Notes under the pieces: model-generated
Database searches by the model: none
What the model saw: the letters and a program-made list of their open reading frames with translations, nothing else
What the model was told of the DNA's origin: nothing
Assembly: GCA_976226885.1 (NCBI GenBank)
Contig: OZ320317.1
Coordinates: forward strand, 50,716,001 to 50,780,000
DNA: 64,000 nucleotides
Reading direction: 5' to 3'
Origin: Iphione sp. A-MEVVRFRX5
Lineage: Eukaryota
In this document: piece by piece, positions 41,100 to 53,028 of the stretch
How positions within the stretch are numbered: position 1 is the first letter of the stretch
Layout: each line of letters begins with the position of its first letter
Program-made: the position numbers and the translations under genes

Positions 41100-42640
41100 G
41101 TTTGGGATGTGATAAAGTCTAAGTTTGATGTTTTTATAATAACAGAATCGTGGCTTCATGCTAACATAAGTGAAGATCTTGTTTGGCTAGAGGGTTTCAA
41201 ACACAGGGTAGTAGACAGGCATTATGGCAAAAAGGGAGGTGGCCTAATCGTATACTTAACAGTTAGTGCCAAATGCCAGAAGATGGACGAAGACATAGAG
41301 CTATTAGAGGTGATATATAAAGAAAAGATGAGGAAGATACGTGTTATGTGGGGAAATGCAGAAGCAGCCTTAAACTTATTAGATGACTTGCTAGAAGACA
41401 TGTAGGTAATGGGACAGAGTGTAACAGTAGGTGACTTCTGTTGACATGAATTACAGTAATAGGGAATGAATATACTGGAAAGCACTAGCGTTACGAACCA
41501 AAGGTTGTGAGCAGCGAATTTGCCAATATACTCGGATATGGTTTAGAACTAGTTCCATTTTAGATCTATGGTTTCAAAGAGTAAATAGGAAATAAACAGT
41601 CTCGGTTAATACAGAAGTCAGTTAGCGATCATTATATACTAAGAGGCTAACTTCTATGTAACCCTTAAAATAAGCTCCTGAATTGTTTAATCTAAGGGAT
41701 TATAATACGTTAGACTTGGGTAGACTGTCTTTCTACTCAACATCTTATGACTGGGATATCTTCCACGATTCCAAGGACATAAATGAACTGAATGAAATGA
41801 TACACTATATTATCTATCAAACTCTAGACAGGTTAGCACCAATAAAGAAGAGGAAGGTTAAGACTGTAGATGCACTGGACTGCATCAGGCCTAGAATCAA
41901 AGACCGTATTTGATGCAGGAACAGGAAACTACAGAAACCAGGGAGACAGAAACCAGGAAATCCTGCGATAAATATGTAAATGAACGTAGTAGGAGAGATT
42001 ATTTAATGATTCTTGAAAAATGGATGACTTATAAAAAGGCAATAAATGATAACAGTGATGATCCAAAACGATACTGGAGAATTATTGACCAAATGATCAA
42101 AGGGAAAAAGAATACTGAAAACAAAATATTTGGCAGTGGACGGGGATATAATTAAATGGTGTAGTGAAGGCTATAGGCCTTTTAAGACCATGTAAATCAT
42201 CAAGCATGGAAAATATAAGAGTAGACATCCTTACGTGTTGTTTGAAAACCTTGTATAGGCAGTTAACCCATAATATAAATTGTTCAATTCAACAACCCCG
42301 GATACCAACAGTGTGGAAAGAGGCAATGGTAAAGCCTCTTTTTAAGAGTAGAGATGTTAAGGCATCAGGTAACATACAGGCCTGTTTGTATCTTACTTAC
42401 CCAGGGCATCTAAAGTCTTGGAGCGAATAGTATTCAATAACATTTATGGTTATCTCGAAGATACAAACAGGGTTACAAACAATTAATTTGGTTTCAGGGT
42501 GGGTCTCTCCACAACAATGGCAGTTATGCATCTAACAAACGAGATATATGTGGGAGTTTAAAAAATAATAAAAAAATGGGGCAGTTTTTTTTTTACTTTT
42601 CAAAGGCATTTGACAGCCTCCAACATTAAGAGAATACAGC
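41100..42640 (+). mobile_element. Old, decayed CR1/L2-group LINE ORF2: APE and RT N-terminal part
   Basis: DVFIITESWL, KKGGGLIVYL, SDH, KRYWRII, WKEAMVKPLFK, FGFR.GLST, FSKAFD, with many stops and frameshifts. Confidence 0.85.
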
Positions 42641-42949
42641 CACGAAGTGGTGGGATATTGAGAGGCATAGGCCGAGTGCAGTGCAGTGAAGCGAGTGCCT
42701 CTCAATGCCCCTACCACTTGAGGGCTGTATTTTCTTTATTCTAAGCTAATTTGCTTATGGATTTCATAGAAGCATACCTATTTCATGCCAATTTGAATGA
42801 TTCTTCGCCTTTTTCTACTCATGAATGTCATATTTACACAAAGTGTCACTCTCATTTAGTATATTGCACATGTTTGACTTAACAAAATATGGGCTGAGCA
42901 TACATGTACATTGGCCGAAAAGTTTGTTGAATCCCGGTTTCAAGCAGGC

Positions 42950-43881
42950 ATGATGTCCTTAACAAAAATTATTCATATAAATAAAAAAATCAGATGAAAA
43001 TCCTTCCAAACTGCTTAGAAAGGTTGGTTACAAAGTAAGTTACAGTGAAGTCTCTATTTCCGACCTCTGCAACATCAAAATCAATATGATAGGTTATCGA
43101 TTTCCGACTATTTTCAGCATCTGACCAATTTTAAAGAGATCAATTTAGGTTCATTTTACTTTTGATTTCTGATCGGGGCAGGCCCATAGCCAGGAAGTTT
43201 TCTAGGGGGGAATGGGTGATACCTTCAATACCTCAGGCTAGTTGGAGAGACTGGAGGAATTAATGGTGACCTCTCTGATGTCTCTGACACCTGGGATTAT
43301 GATTGAAAGAGTGGTCAGGAGAGACCAGGGGCCTCAACTGTGACCTCTCTGACATACCTCACACCTGAAGGTCAGTAATTTTAGCATCTATAGATAGTAT
43401 ATTTATATAGTTATATGACTTGTTGATTCTCCAAGCAACAGAATGGCCTCACCTGGCAACTATATTCTAGTCAAACTATGATGTTATACATTCCACCAGT
43501 TGCTCGTTTCTTTGTTTTTTGTTTTGTATTTTCACTCTTACTTGTCAAATTCAACACTTTTAAGATCTTTTGTATGTTAATAGAGAGAGAGGTAGAAAGG
43601 CATGTTGTTTTTATCCCTGAGCACCTAACCAATCAATTTCCGACCAAACTTGCTATTCCAGTCATTTGAGCTCGGACCCGACCAGTGGTCGGATATAGAG
43701 ACTCAACTGTATATCATTTTGGTCTATCAAAATGGTCTAATCTCTCCATAATTCCATCTGCAAAAACTGAGTCGAGAGACATCCATATGATGCCCTTAAC
43801 AAAAATTAATCATATGAATACAAAAATCAGATGAAAATCCTTCCAAACTGCTTAGAAAGGTTGGTTACAAAGTAAGTTACA
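42950..43881. repeat. 95-bp direct repeat pair (42950-43044 and 43787-43881) bracketing the MITE
   Basis: atgatg.ccttaacaaaaatta.tcatat...tccttccaaactgcttagaaaggttggttacaaagtaagttaca occurs twice. Confidence 0.9.
43043..43709. mobile_element. TA-flanked MITE
   Basis: TA|CAGTGAAGTCTCTATTTCCGACC ... GGTCGGATATAGAGACTCAACTG|TA imperfect inverted ends. Confidence 0.75.
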
Positions 43882-44089
43882 AAATGGAGTCTCTATGACA
43901 TATTGTGATTTACTCAGAATTGAATGAAATGTTTGACTTTGAACTAGTTGATACACATGTGAATGGTTATGTGTACTGCACGAGTGTAGAATAATAAGAG
44001 AATACTATCCATGTTAAACAAAATAGATCTTGGTGATTGGCTGCCATGGTTAACAAATTATCAAAGTGACCATGGTATAGGTGAGTGAA

Positions 44090-44760
44090 TGTGTGTATCT
44101 GACAGAAGTAGCATTGAGTGTAGAGTACCACATGGGAGCTTACTTGGCCCCCTGCTGTTTATTACTTACATTAATGACTTAGGACCCTCAATATAATGGC
44201 TCTATATATCTTTTTGTAGGTGACTCCACCCTAGTAGTATGGTCAAGTTCATGGGAAAAATTTACATACATTCAAAAAATTGAAATCAAAGTATGGGGTG
44301 TTGAGATAAAAGGACAAAAGCTTGAAGAGTGTGAGCACCATAATTACCTAGGAGTAACCCTAGATGATAAGCTACAGTTAAATAAAAATTGTACAAAGAT
44401 GGTGAAAAGATTACGATACAATGAATTTATGATAAGGTTTGTACATGCATGCATAACCCTGGCCACTAGTATCAAGGTCTTGAAGATGATGATAATTCCA
44501 TTATTTACTTATGGTAATATCATGGTTAACAAGGAAAATAGTACTGGTAGAAGCTAAGTACTATGAAAAGGATTGTTAAAATTTGCACCTGCCAGGACAA
44601 GTCCACCAGCAAAAAAAAAAAGAAACGGGTATTCCCATAACAATATCACTCACAGAAACAGCAAAGGGTGTAAGGAAAAGGATGTAAGGGAAGTTAAGGA
44701 TATTAAACCCTTTAAGAAAATTGTACACAAAATATTGTACTAAAATGGCGCAACGAGAAT
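44090..44760 (+). mobile_element. Decayed LINE RT C-terminal part, probably continuing the 41100-42640 element
   Basis: RVPHGSLLGPLLFITYINDL, NYLGVTLDDKL, KMMIIPLFTYG. Confidence 0.75.
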
Positions 44761-45138
44761 GAGTGAATATCCTAACCATAGGTACAAACTACAGTCAGTT
44801 GCTGTTGACTGATAGGAATCCACTTAATGTCCATTATCATCCACATTTTCTTATAACTTTGATATTGTAACAGTAAAGCTCAGATGACAAGATTACTGTG
44901 TATGTGAAAGACTGTTGATGTATACATGCTAATTGGATCAATCGATCCATTTGCATATTAAAATCACAGTTGTAATGAAGTGTTAGGCCTTCTCAAAATC
45001 AATATACAATCAATATTCCAAAAGTGAGTAATCGCCGTTTCTGCCAAAATTGTTCGGATTTTGGAAAATTTGGATTTTGAATAATGGCCCAAGGCCATTG
45101 TCATTTTCAATCAGGTAAGCCTTACCTCAACACTTTTC

Positions 45139-45290
45139 ATACCTACAAAAGTAAATAGATCATGTAATTAATGTGAACTATTCTAAACCTGAGATAAGTG
45201 AGAAAAACACTGCAAACTGCCTTTTGACTTTTAATACCTACAAAAAGAATATAAATCATGTAATTAATGTGAATTATTCTAAACCTGAGG
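45139..45290. repeat. ~55-bp direct repeat pair
   Basis: atacctacaaaa...atcatgtaattaatgtgaa.tattctaaacctgag occurs twice. Confidence 0.85.
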
Positions 45291-48200
45291 TGTGATCTCA
45301 TCAAACAGTAGCATCGCACTTTGATTTTTAACAAATGTGGGGGAGAGCGACCAGGGCTCAGTGTCAGCTCGCCAAGGCTCGAGCTCATCAAATGGTAGGA
45401 AACTTGGGTGGGGGGGAGACCAGGACTCGCCGAGAGCTCGCCGTGTGTCTCCCTTTGATTTATAACAAATGTGGCAAGCATTTGGTTTTTGAATATAATT
45501 TCAATGTATTTTAATCAAATAACAGAGTTCAGATTCAGAAATTGAATATTTCGGTTATCTGCATAGCTAAATACAGGAAAATGGTTAGTCCCTAGGAAAA
45601 ACATTCAGAATTTGAAAAATTCAGTTTTCAAGTGTTTGGATTTGCACTATCCTCTGAATTCATATTGAACTTGCATGTTTAGGTTGTCATTTTTCCTGGG
45701 GGGTGCTGCCTGAGGAGACCCTAGTTTGAAACTACCCCAAACTAGTTTTGGATATCAAAATAGTGTCACTTGAGTATATGGCATCATTCTGACTAATAAC
45801 ATGTGAGTCACATTGGTTGACAGTAAACGTCCCGAACAACTGGAACAAATTTTTCAAGGTGGGATTTCAAAATCTATGATAACTGTATATGGTCGCACTT
45901 TAGCATGATGTCTCAGCCTTGTCCAAATCCAACATGAAGTGAGGTTCTAGTAACGATTTTGTCTTCTGGAAAATATCTCTCCATTTTATATATGTATATG
46001 TATTGAATATCTATATATATACAGTCATGATTCAGTAACTGGATGATTGCCATTTCCACTGAAATGATCTGGATACTGAATAATCTGGTTGTCGAATCGA
46101 GCACTCATGCATCTCCTGGCGGGGAAAACTTGCATAATAGTAAAGTTTGGGTGAACCATCAGACTGAAATTAATTATTTGTAAAATTAACTGAATGGACT
46201 AAAATCAGTTATAAACAGTTTAGATTTCATTTATTAAGCTCTAAACATATCATACAAGTGAAAAATGAACATGTCGGGTGAATTGCTTTATACTCACGTA
46301 ATTGCTTTTTCTGGGCATTTGTTATGAAGACCCTACGTCTTTTTGGGGGTTGGCTGAAAAACAATGAATGCTCCAGGGTGGATAGTAAAAATGCCTGCAG
46401 GGCTAGCTTATATCATTCCCCCGATGCTCCAGTGAACCCACAGCTTACCCAGACAATACTATGATGGCAGGAGGACTTTCACAACATACCCCCTTCTTCT
46501 GCAGATTGAAACATTAATCTTTTGTTAGTGAGATCGACAGAGTTACTCTATCAATGGATTGTCCCTTTGATTACAAAACGCAGCAAACGGGGTATGAAGG
46601 GAAAGGGGAAAAACAGAGAGAGAAAAGTTAGGTTTTAAAACATTGCCTGATCAGTTGTCTGTTCAAAAGAACCGTTTTGAAAGAGGTAATTTGGCACAGA
46701 GGGAGTCAGTAATTCCTTTCATAAATTCTACATTTGATAATATTCTTCAAGTCGAACAGCTCAGAACATTAATTAGAAAAATAAACAATAAGCACTTCCA
46801 CCAACCCATGTACCATTACTTTTCAGCATCTGAATTTTTGGTTGTAAATAAGAAATACTCTCTTGGAATTATTTTTCTGTGCCGTGGCTATTGTCCAATA
46901 GACTGCGATTCAGACGAAATCATAACCAGGGATTAATGTTCACACAGTCTTCCCACATTATAAATAGATAAAGAGGGTGCAATTACATGTACATATCGCT
47001 GAACAATTACAGTCAGCTCATCAGCAGTGTCGCTTGGGTACGTAATGGATCATTGGGGAATTAATGCCCTAGGTCTGAAGATGAAACACATCTCGTCTAG
47101 GCTCTAATTAATTATAAATTCTTTAGGAGAGTGTGAAGGAACCGCAGTGTTGTTAAAAGAATGGTAATGGGCAGTCATTGGAAGGAAGAGGGGAAGTATC
47201 ACAGATAATAAAAAAACTAAAGGAGGGAATGAACCCCACCGTATACATTATAGACTAGAGTTTCTTTCAATGTTTCACGGAGGACATCTAAAAAATCTTT
47301 TCCGTCCGTGCATATGTTAATCAAATGTCAATTACTGAAGTAAACGAGTTCTAAAGTAGGCACTGCACACACAGATCTCCGAGCAATTATTCGTTAACAA
47401 GATGAACAGCTGAGGGTTGGCTCTATGTAGTATTCACTAAGGAGCCATTAGGACCGAGCCACTATTCATATGTGCATTGTGTCGCTCCCTCAATACATGC
47501 TAATGGCCATATCCACTTCTCTTTCGTTGGGCACCGAGGGTGATGCCAAGTTGGTTGACACAGTGGTGAACTATTCCGATTTTTGTTGCGACTGAGTAAA
47601 CACAGTTATTGATTCACTTCTCTTTTATCCCAATTTAAGCTCTACTAACATCGGCGAAGATGCTTTTTCTGAAATTTTGACATGTTCGCTTTGAGCTTTG
47701 CTAGTTTGACATGGGAAACAGTTATATAGAAATTTCACGTTTGCACCGACATCTATACCCTATTCTAGAAAATAACCCCCTTTTTTACAGCATATTGTAA
47801 AATATGCACCCTTGTGGGGGTGGATTCGGGTCATGTCAGTGTAAACTCATCTGATCCTTCCAGGAAGGAGTTTCAGGATTTCTGTGAGTCATAAAAGTTA
47901 TCAAAGTTCAAAGAGATGTATTGAGCACACCCCATGAAAACCCACAAGAGGAAATTTAGCAAACCCATGGGTGTGACTGGGAGGATGACCAAATGTCTTG
48001 GTCAGTTGGTATAAATACTGGAGGGTTTCTGCAATAAAATTAGATTCAACAAACCAAACTCTGTACTGACTTCACCTGCGTTATCTTTGAAGAAGACAGC
48101 CAATACATTGAAGGCTACTTACAGCAGAAGTAACTGAGATAAGTATTGTTACTTAATAGAATTTATAACAGACTAAAAGAAGTCATTAGATCACATTGGG

Positions 48201-50397
48201 TTTAACAGTAAACTCTGGTGACCTGGAACCCTAGAAGAGTAGTAGCGATTGAAGACTCCACATTTCAAGAAGTTGTGCACGTGAAGTGAGGAAATAGGGT
48301 AGAGAAATTTACAATATGTATTTGTCTTCTGCAGCTTTATTAACTGACGCATAGTGTGTGTTTGAAATATGAAGAAATTGGTTCTTTTTTATCCTAAGCT
48401 TTGATGAGTGGGATCATTGAACAAATTGATGGTGATATGGAGTGGATCAGACACAAAATGTACTGAAATCTTCAAGCATATTCTTCTTGATTGTGAACCA
48501 TTATGCATTTGTCCTAAGCACTAAGTACATCTAAACGATACATAGTGAGAAAGTGGAACGTAGTTGAACCTGGCCATCCACATACCATCTGAAACTAACC
48601 TTCGGCGATCTTCAATTCCAGTATTTAATATTCTGTGTGGTCTAAAACTCCACCAAAAGGGTTTTGTCTCTTTTAGGCTTTAAGAGAAAATCCCACATGT
48701 CTATCAATGATAGCAACACCTTGACAACAGAAGCTCAAAATGGGACGTTCCTAATAATGTAAACCATGCGTTACTGAAACATTTTGTAAACAATGTCATC
48801 TTGATTGAAAATTGAACAAATACCGGTACGTCTGACAACGTCTCTTCATTTGTTTTAGGTAAAATGAGCAAGGATAACTATTTAAGGTGTCCGAATTGTT
48901 AACACGTTCAGACATGTTTCACGTGTTAACACTAGAAAATATCTGGTGACAGTTGCTTTCCCCCAATAACGGAGGCGGTTGCCTTGGATACACATACAAA
49001 GGAGTCGCGGTACAGATGTATCCAGTGCGTTCCGTGACGTCAAAGTCACTAGTCTCTGTCGACGCGGTAATATGTATTTCTATTCTGGGGCACAAAAGAA
49101 GAGGCACAGTTGTGCTGGGTGGCCAATGAGCTGGAGGATAACTGATACTTGCGACAGTGTACCCGGGTCATAGTCATTATAGCTGTAGTTCCATACTGAG
49201 CGCCTATCTTTGTGGGAAAAAAACTTCCGAGGTTAATTATTTTATCTATGGTGTTAAACATTTCTGAAGAACTTTAGGCTTATGTTATTGGGTGGGGGGT
49301 AGTTGCGTTTCAAGTTAATAAACAAATATCAGATGCTGAACCGTTGACATTGCCAAGAAAAGCATATATGTTTTCATATTTTGAACACCATAGGGGAACG
49401 CGGACACATTTTGTGTATCTATTTCCTCTTGGACCTTGTGGCAAATGGCCGTGACAGTTGACGTGAATTTTCTTATTCTTTGATTTAATATAGCAAGGGA
49501 TCCCAATGTGCCATTCTGTATTGGGGTGGCACGTCCACATATCCATTTTCCTGGCCTGATTCTGTGGGTCTGTAACCCAATGAAGCTTGGTAGGGTCCCA
49601 CATGGATAAGCAGTCACATGGTTCTGAAAAGCATGCCCTGGCCACCATCAGGTTCTATCAGTATCTTAATGAGGAAGTACGTATGTTAATGGATGATAAT
49701 TCCCCCAAGTCATTTGATACATTGGCCCTAATTGACCATCTTGAAGATACCACTGACGAAGCATGACACATCCAGTGACTGGCAATTTGTGAGCTGTGGG
49801 AGGCGTTTTACAGTGCAAGAATCTCGTTATGAGAACTTCACATATTCACCAAATCAAATCTAGCGCTTTGAACACATTCTTTCACACCTCCCAACTTATG
49901 CGTTTCAGAGACACCAATGTGTGCCGGATTGGTCGCAAACAACGTGCAAACTGTGGTCTCCCCATGATTACCATCAATTCATGCATGTCCAGCTTGCTTT
50001 TATTCACACACAACGTTCTTTGACCATAATATCAATGCATGTGAAACAAAGGAAATTCCCATAACAGGGCAACTTCCCCGCTATAGGCCGAGCGATCAGC
50101 AAAACCCCATGAAATAAGAGTAAACTATAATATTAAACGACTACATGCATGTTGATGTCTCTGGAACGTAGATTTCCCTATCTAGTTTCCTCTACCGAAG
50201 AGACTTCTCTGTTGCTGACTAGTATTTAATTTCTTTTACAGCTTCCTCCTGACATTGACAAACTCACTGTCAGAAGGCTGATTAATTGGCCTATGTCAAC
50301 TGAATAACACCCTTTGCTTTATCAGAACTTATATGAGTTTGTTAGACAACCAGGTAGATACACATGTAACTTACTTGAGGCTAGGATCCCTAGCTTT

Positions 50398-50465
50398 TTG
50401 AATTGAATTGAATTGAAAGTTTATTAACCAAATCTTTATGACACCACAAAGTTATCCTTGGTTAA
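50398..50465 (-). terminator. LINE-type 3' end: stem-loop, AATAAA and (TTCAA)4 tail
   Basis: Forward TTGAA x4 at 50398-50417, TTTATT at 50420-50425, inverted pair TTAACCAA (50424-50431) / TTGGTTAA (50458-50465). Confidence 0.8.
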
Positions 50466-50655
50466 CGAGTAACATATATACATGAAACACATGATCAATC
50501 ACATTGACAATGACATAAACGATAACACAAATAGACATACAATGCAGACAAGACAATACAAGATACATGGGTACATTTGAAAGAGATTGCAACCCCGCAT
50601 CACAGTCACATTTATCTTTAGTAGAATACAGCCACTTATTTACAAGATAGTGAGC

Positions 50656-51021
50656 TTACTGCAGCGCATGACATGCCACGATCTTACCGTCAACAAAATG
50701 CCTTCCCTTGCACCTAGAGCCCATTGTATTGACAGCTGTGAACCTATCCCATCTGGTAAGATAGCATAGTAGATGATGCCCAAGTTGAATACCAGCTGTA
50801 ACTGCGCAATTAAAATGTAGCTCCCAATTGCATAGTTTCAGTGTCATAAAAAGCTTGACCCTGTCATGCATTGCCCTGACCCCACACATGCAACTCCTGT
50901 CTAGACTGAACTGCAAGCATGTGTTTATTGGTTCGTCATGTCCGTGAGGTGCTTTGGTCACATACAAACGACCATTCTGCACAGTAATAAAGATGCACCA
51001 AAAAGTATTAATACAATTTGT
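50656..51021 (-). CDS. Unidentified Cys/His-rich open frame (~120 codons) between the NADAR ORF and the LINE-type tail
   Basis: Stop-free frame 51021-50656; no recognisable motif; no ATG start at the 5' end. Confidence 0.3.
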   Translation of the reverse strand, partial: TNCINTFWCIFITVQNGRLYVTKAPHGHDEPINTCLQFSLDRSCMCGVRAMHDRVKLFMTLKLCNWELHFNCAVTAGIQLGHHLLCYLTRWDRFTAVNTMGSRCKGRHFVDGKIVACHALQ

Positions 51022-51435
51022 CTAACATTAAATATCCTTCTTCAAAACACAAAATTTTGTATGCAACAATGAACATGGTCGACAAGCAAGGTAAAACAAG
51101 ACAAAATGAAGTAATTATTATCTTTCATAGCACTATCAGCCACAAGTTGTAGCTGTGGCTCAACTCGCCACTAAGTAGAACACTCCACAAGGCACTAGTA
51201 AGTTCGCTTGACCGTATCCCTGGTACATGATTTCCTGACAGCCTATATATCATTGAGATAACTATGCTGATACAGCCATTGGAAATGCTGAAATCCATTT
51301 CTGATTGTGTCTTTGGTCATCACCTTGAAACATTTATGACGGTTATAGTATCCCATTCTTGATTGTGACAGGTAGCAACGGTAGAAACATTTATACCCAG
51401 ATACGCGAGCTAAAGTGCAAATTTGCACTCGATCA

Positions 51436-52068
51436 TTAACTGCACATCAATAATTTCTCCCTAACTCGCATTAAGGCTTTACCTAACAAGTTCCTGCCAG
51501 CAAACTCAACTGGTTAAGACCAATTATCATTAAGAGAGATGCCAGCTCCGAGAACCGGGTCGCCATCAGTGTAGACAATCATTTTATCACTTATCTCTTT
51601 AAGTGTTTCAATGTATTCTGGTGATAACTGAAACTTTGCCATATACAGCGACTCAAAGAGTACCTGTAAATTCTGATCCCATTCTTTGTTCATATGGATT
51701 TTGGCCCCGATAGATCTTGCTTCAAAACCTCTCCATGATTTTTCAATCTCTTTCGCCTTTTCACCAGCCTCGCAGCCACGCGACTTGCAACAGTTGTACG
51801 CCATTTCGATGTTGTCATAAACGACTCTGTCATGAAGCAACAGGTGTTGCTCCATAGGGGATAGACCTGGTGCATCATTGCCAAAAATATAGAAATTCTC
51901 ATCTTCTTTAACCGCATTCAGTGTGGGATTAATATCATCAGGCAAGAAATCACCTTCCGATGGACCATAGCTGATGCCCTCGATGACAACATCAATCCCT
52001 TTCACGATCATGCGCCTCCCACTATGTTTTGCAATGGCAGCGATCCACTGGAAATAAGAAACCTTTTC
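51436..52068 (-). pseudogene. LINE ORF1 C-terminal region fused to a NADAR (YbiA/DUF1768) domain; one premature TAA at 51514-51516
   Basis: FYIFGNDAPGLS, NIEMAYNCCK, ARSIGAKI..KEW, MAKFQ, D.VLGAG, then past the stop GRNLLGKALMRVREKL. The N-terminal IAKHSGRRMIVKG..VVIEGISY...LP aligns with the ORF1 at 53840-53950. Confidence 0.82.
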
Positions 52069-52539
52069 TCAATTACCGTCACGTTCTTGGTTAGACTTTG
52101 GCTCTGTTCATCTTCTGAACTACCTCACATACGGCTTTCCTACTTGCTATCCTCATCATTCACAGACATCTATCCTTCATTACATTCCTTACAACGAAAA
52201 TGAATTTGGCGATGATATAAAACTACATGTATGTATACTAAAGCCTCTAATCAGGACACCCTTGGTTCTGTCCCAAAGTGTCCCTATTTGAGACAATTCC
52301 CGATTGGAGACATGTCCCTAAGGTGGCTTTCAACTGTATGTATATTAACAGATATTTCAATAATGTTATAATGAAACATGTCAGTCCTTAGGTAATAACC
52401 ATATATTGAGCTGCCGAAACTCTGTTTTACATCCATCTCGTTTAGCTCTAATTGACCTCAACAAATTTAAGCTCCTAGTAAAAATCAATCGGCCATATAC
52501 ATTGCTCATGACTCTATTAATAGACTAAGAAAGGATTCA

Positions 52540-52730
52540 ATATTGTACATGTACATCGGAATTGTGATAAAGGAATACCCCAGAGATCAGTTTTATTCAA
52601 CTTATCCATAAATGATTTACCCTAATATTGTAATACAAATAGTCCAATGCATATATTTGCAGATGATGCCATAGTAATCACTCATGACTCTGGTCGTAAT
52701 ATGGCTATAGACCAAAAAAATGAAAAACAC
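52540..52730 (+). mobile_element. Left half of an old LINE RT interrupted by the NADAR-LINE
   Basis: Decayed PQ.SVLF.L.INDLP and IFADD motifs. Confidence 0.7.
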
Positions 52731-53028
52731 ATTATGCATATAACTGGCGATCGGTCATGGCGAAAAGACGTGTTACGGCTATGCTCTGCATAAATATCTA
52801 AATACCTGAAACATGAGAAGGCGCAAATGGACTAAATTGCCAATATCAAAGGTAAAGGAACTATTGTGCACAAGAGGAGTATATGAACTATCAAACAAAG
52901 GATATAGTATAAAAATGGGAGCAAAATCAGTTGATATTGCCTAAGGACAATTCAAAAACCAACCGTTACGCAAGGAGACCGTGCGTACCTACCTATTGTC
53001 ACCCACTCTGACCGGACACTCCTCCACC

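Noticed and set aside
47066-47103. CTGAAGA-T-GAAAC...GTC as a hammerhead ribozyme
   Set aside because: There is no helix II and helix I is out of register; probably chance or a heavily decayed remnant.
51550-51580. IVYTDG read as an RNase H motif
   Set aside because: It falls at the NADAR IVE...D..WG position, between KFQ and GRNLLGKALM; no other RNase H residues follow.
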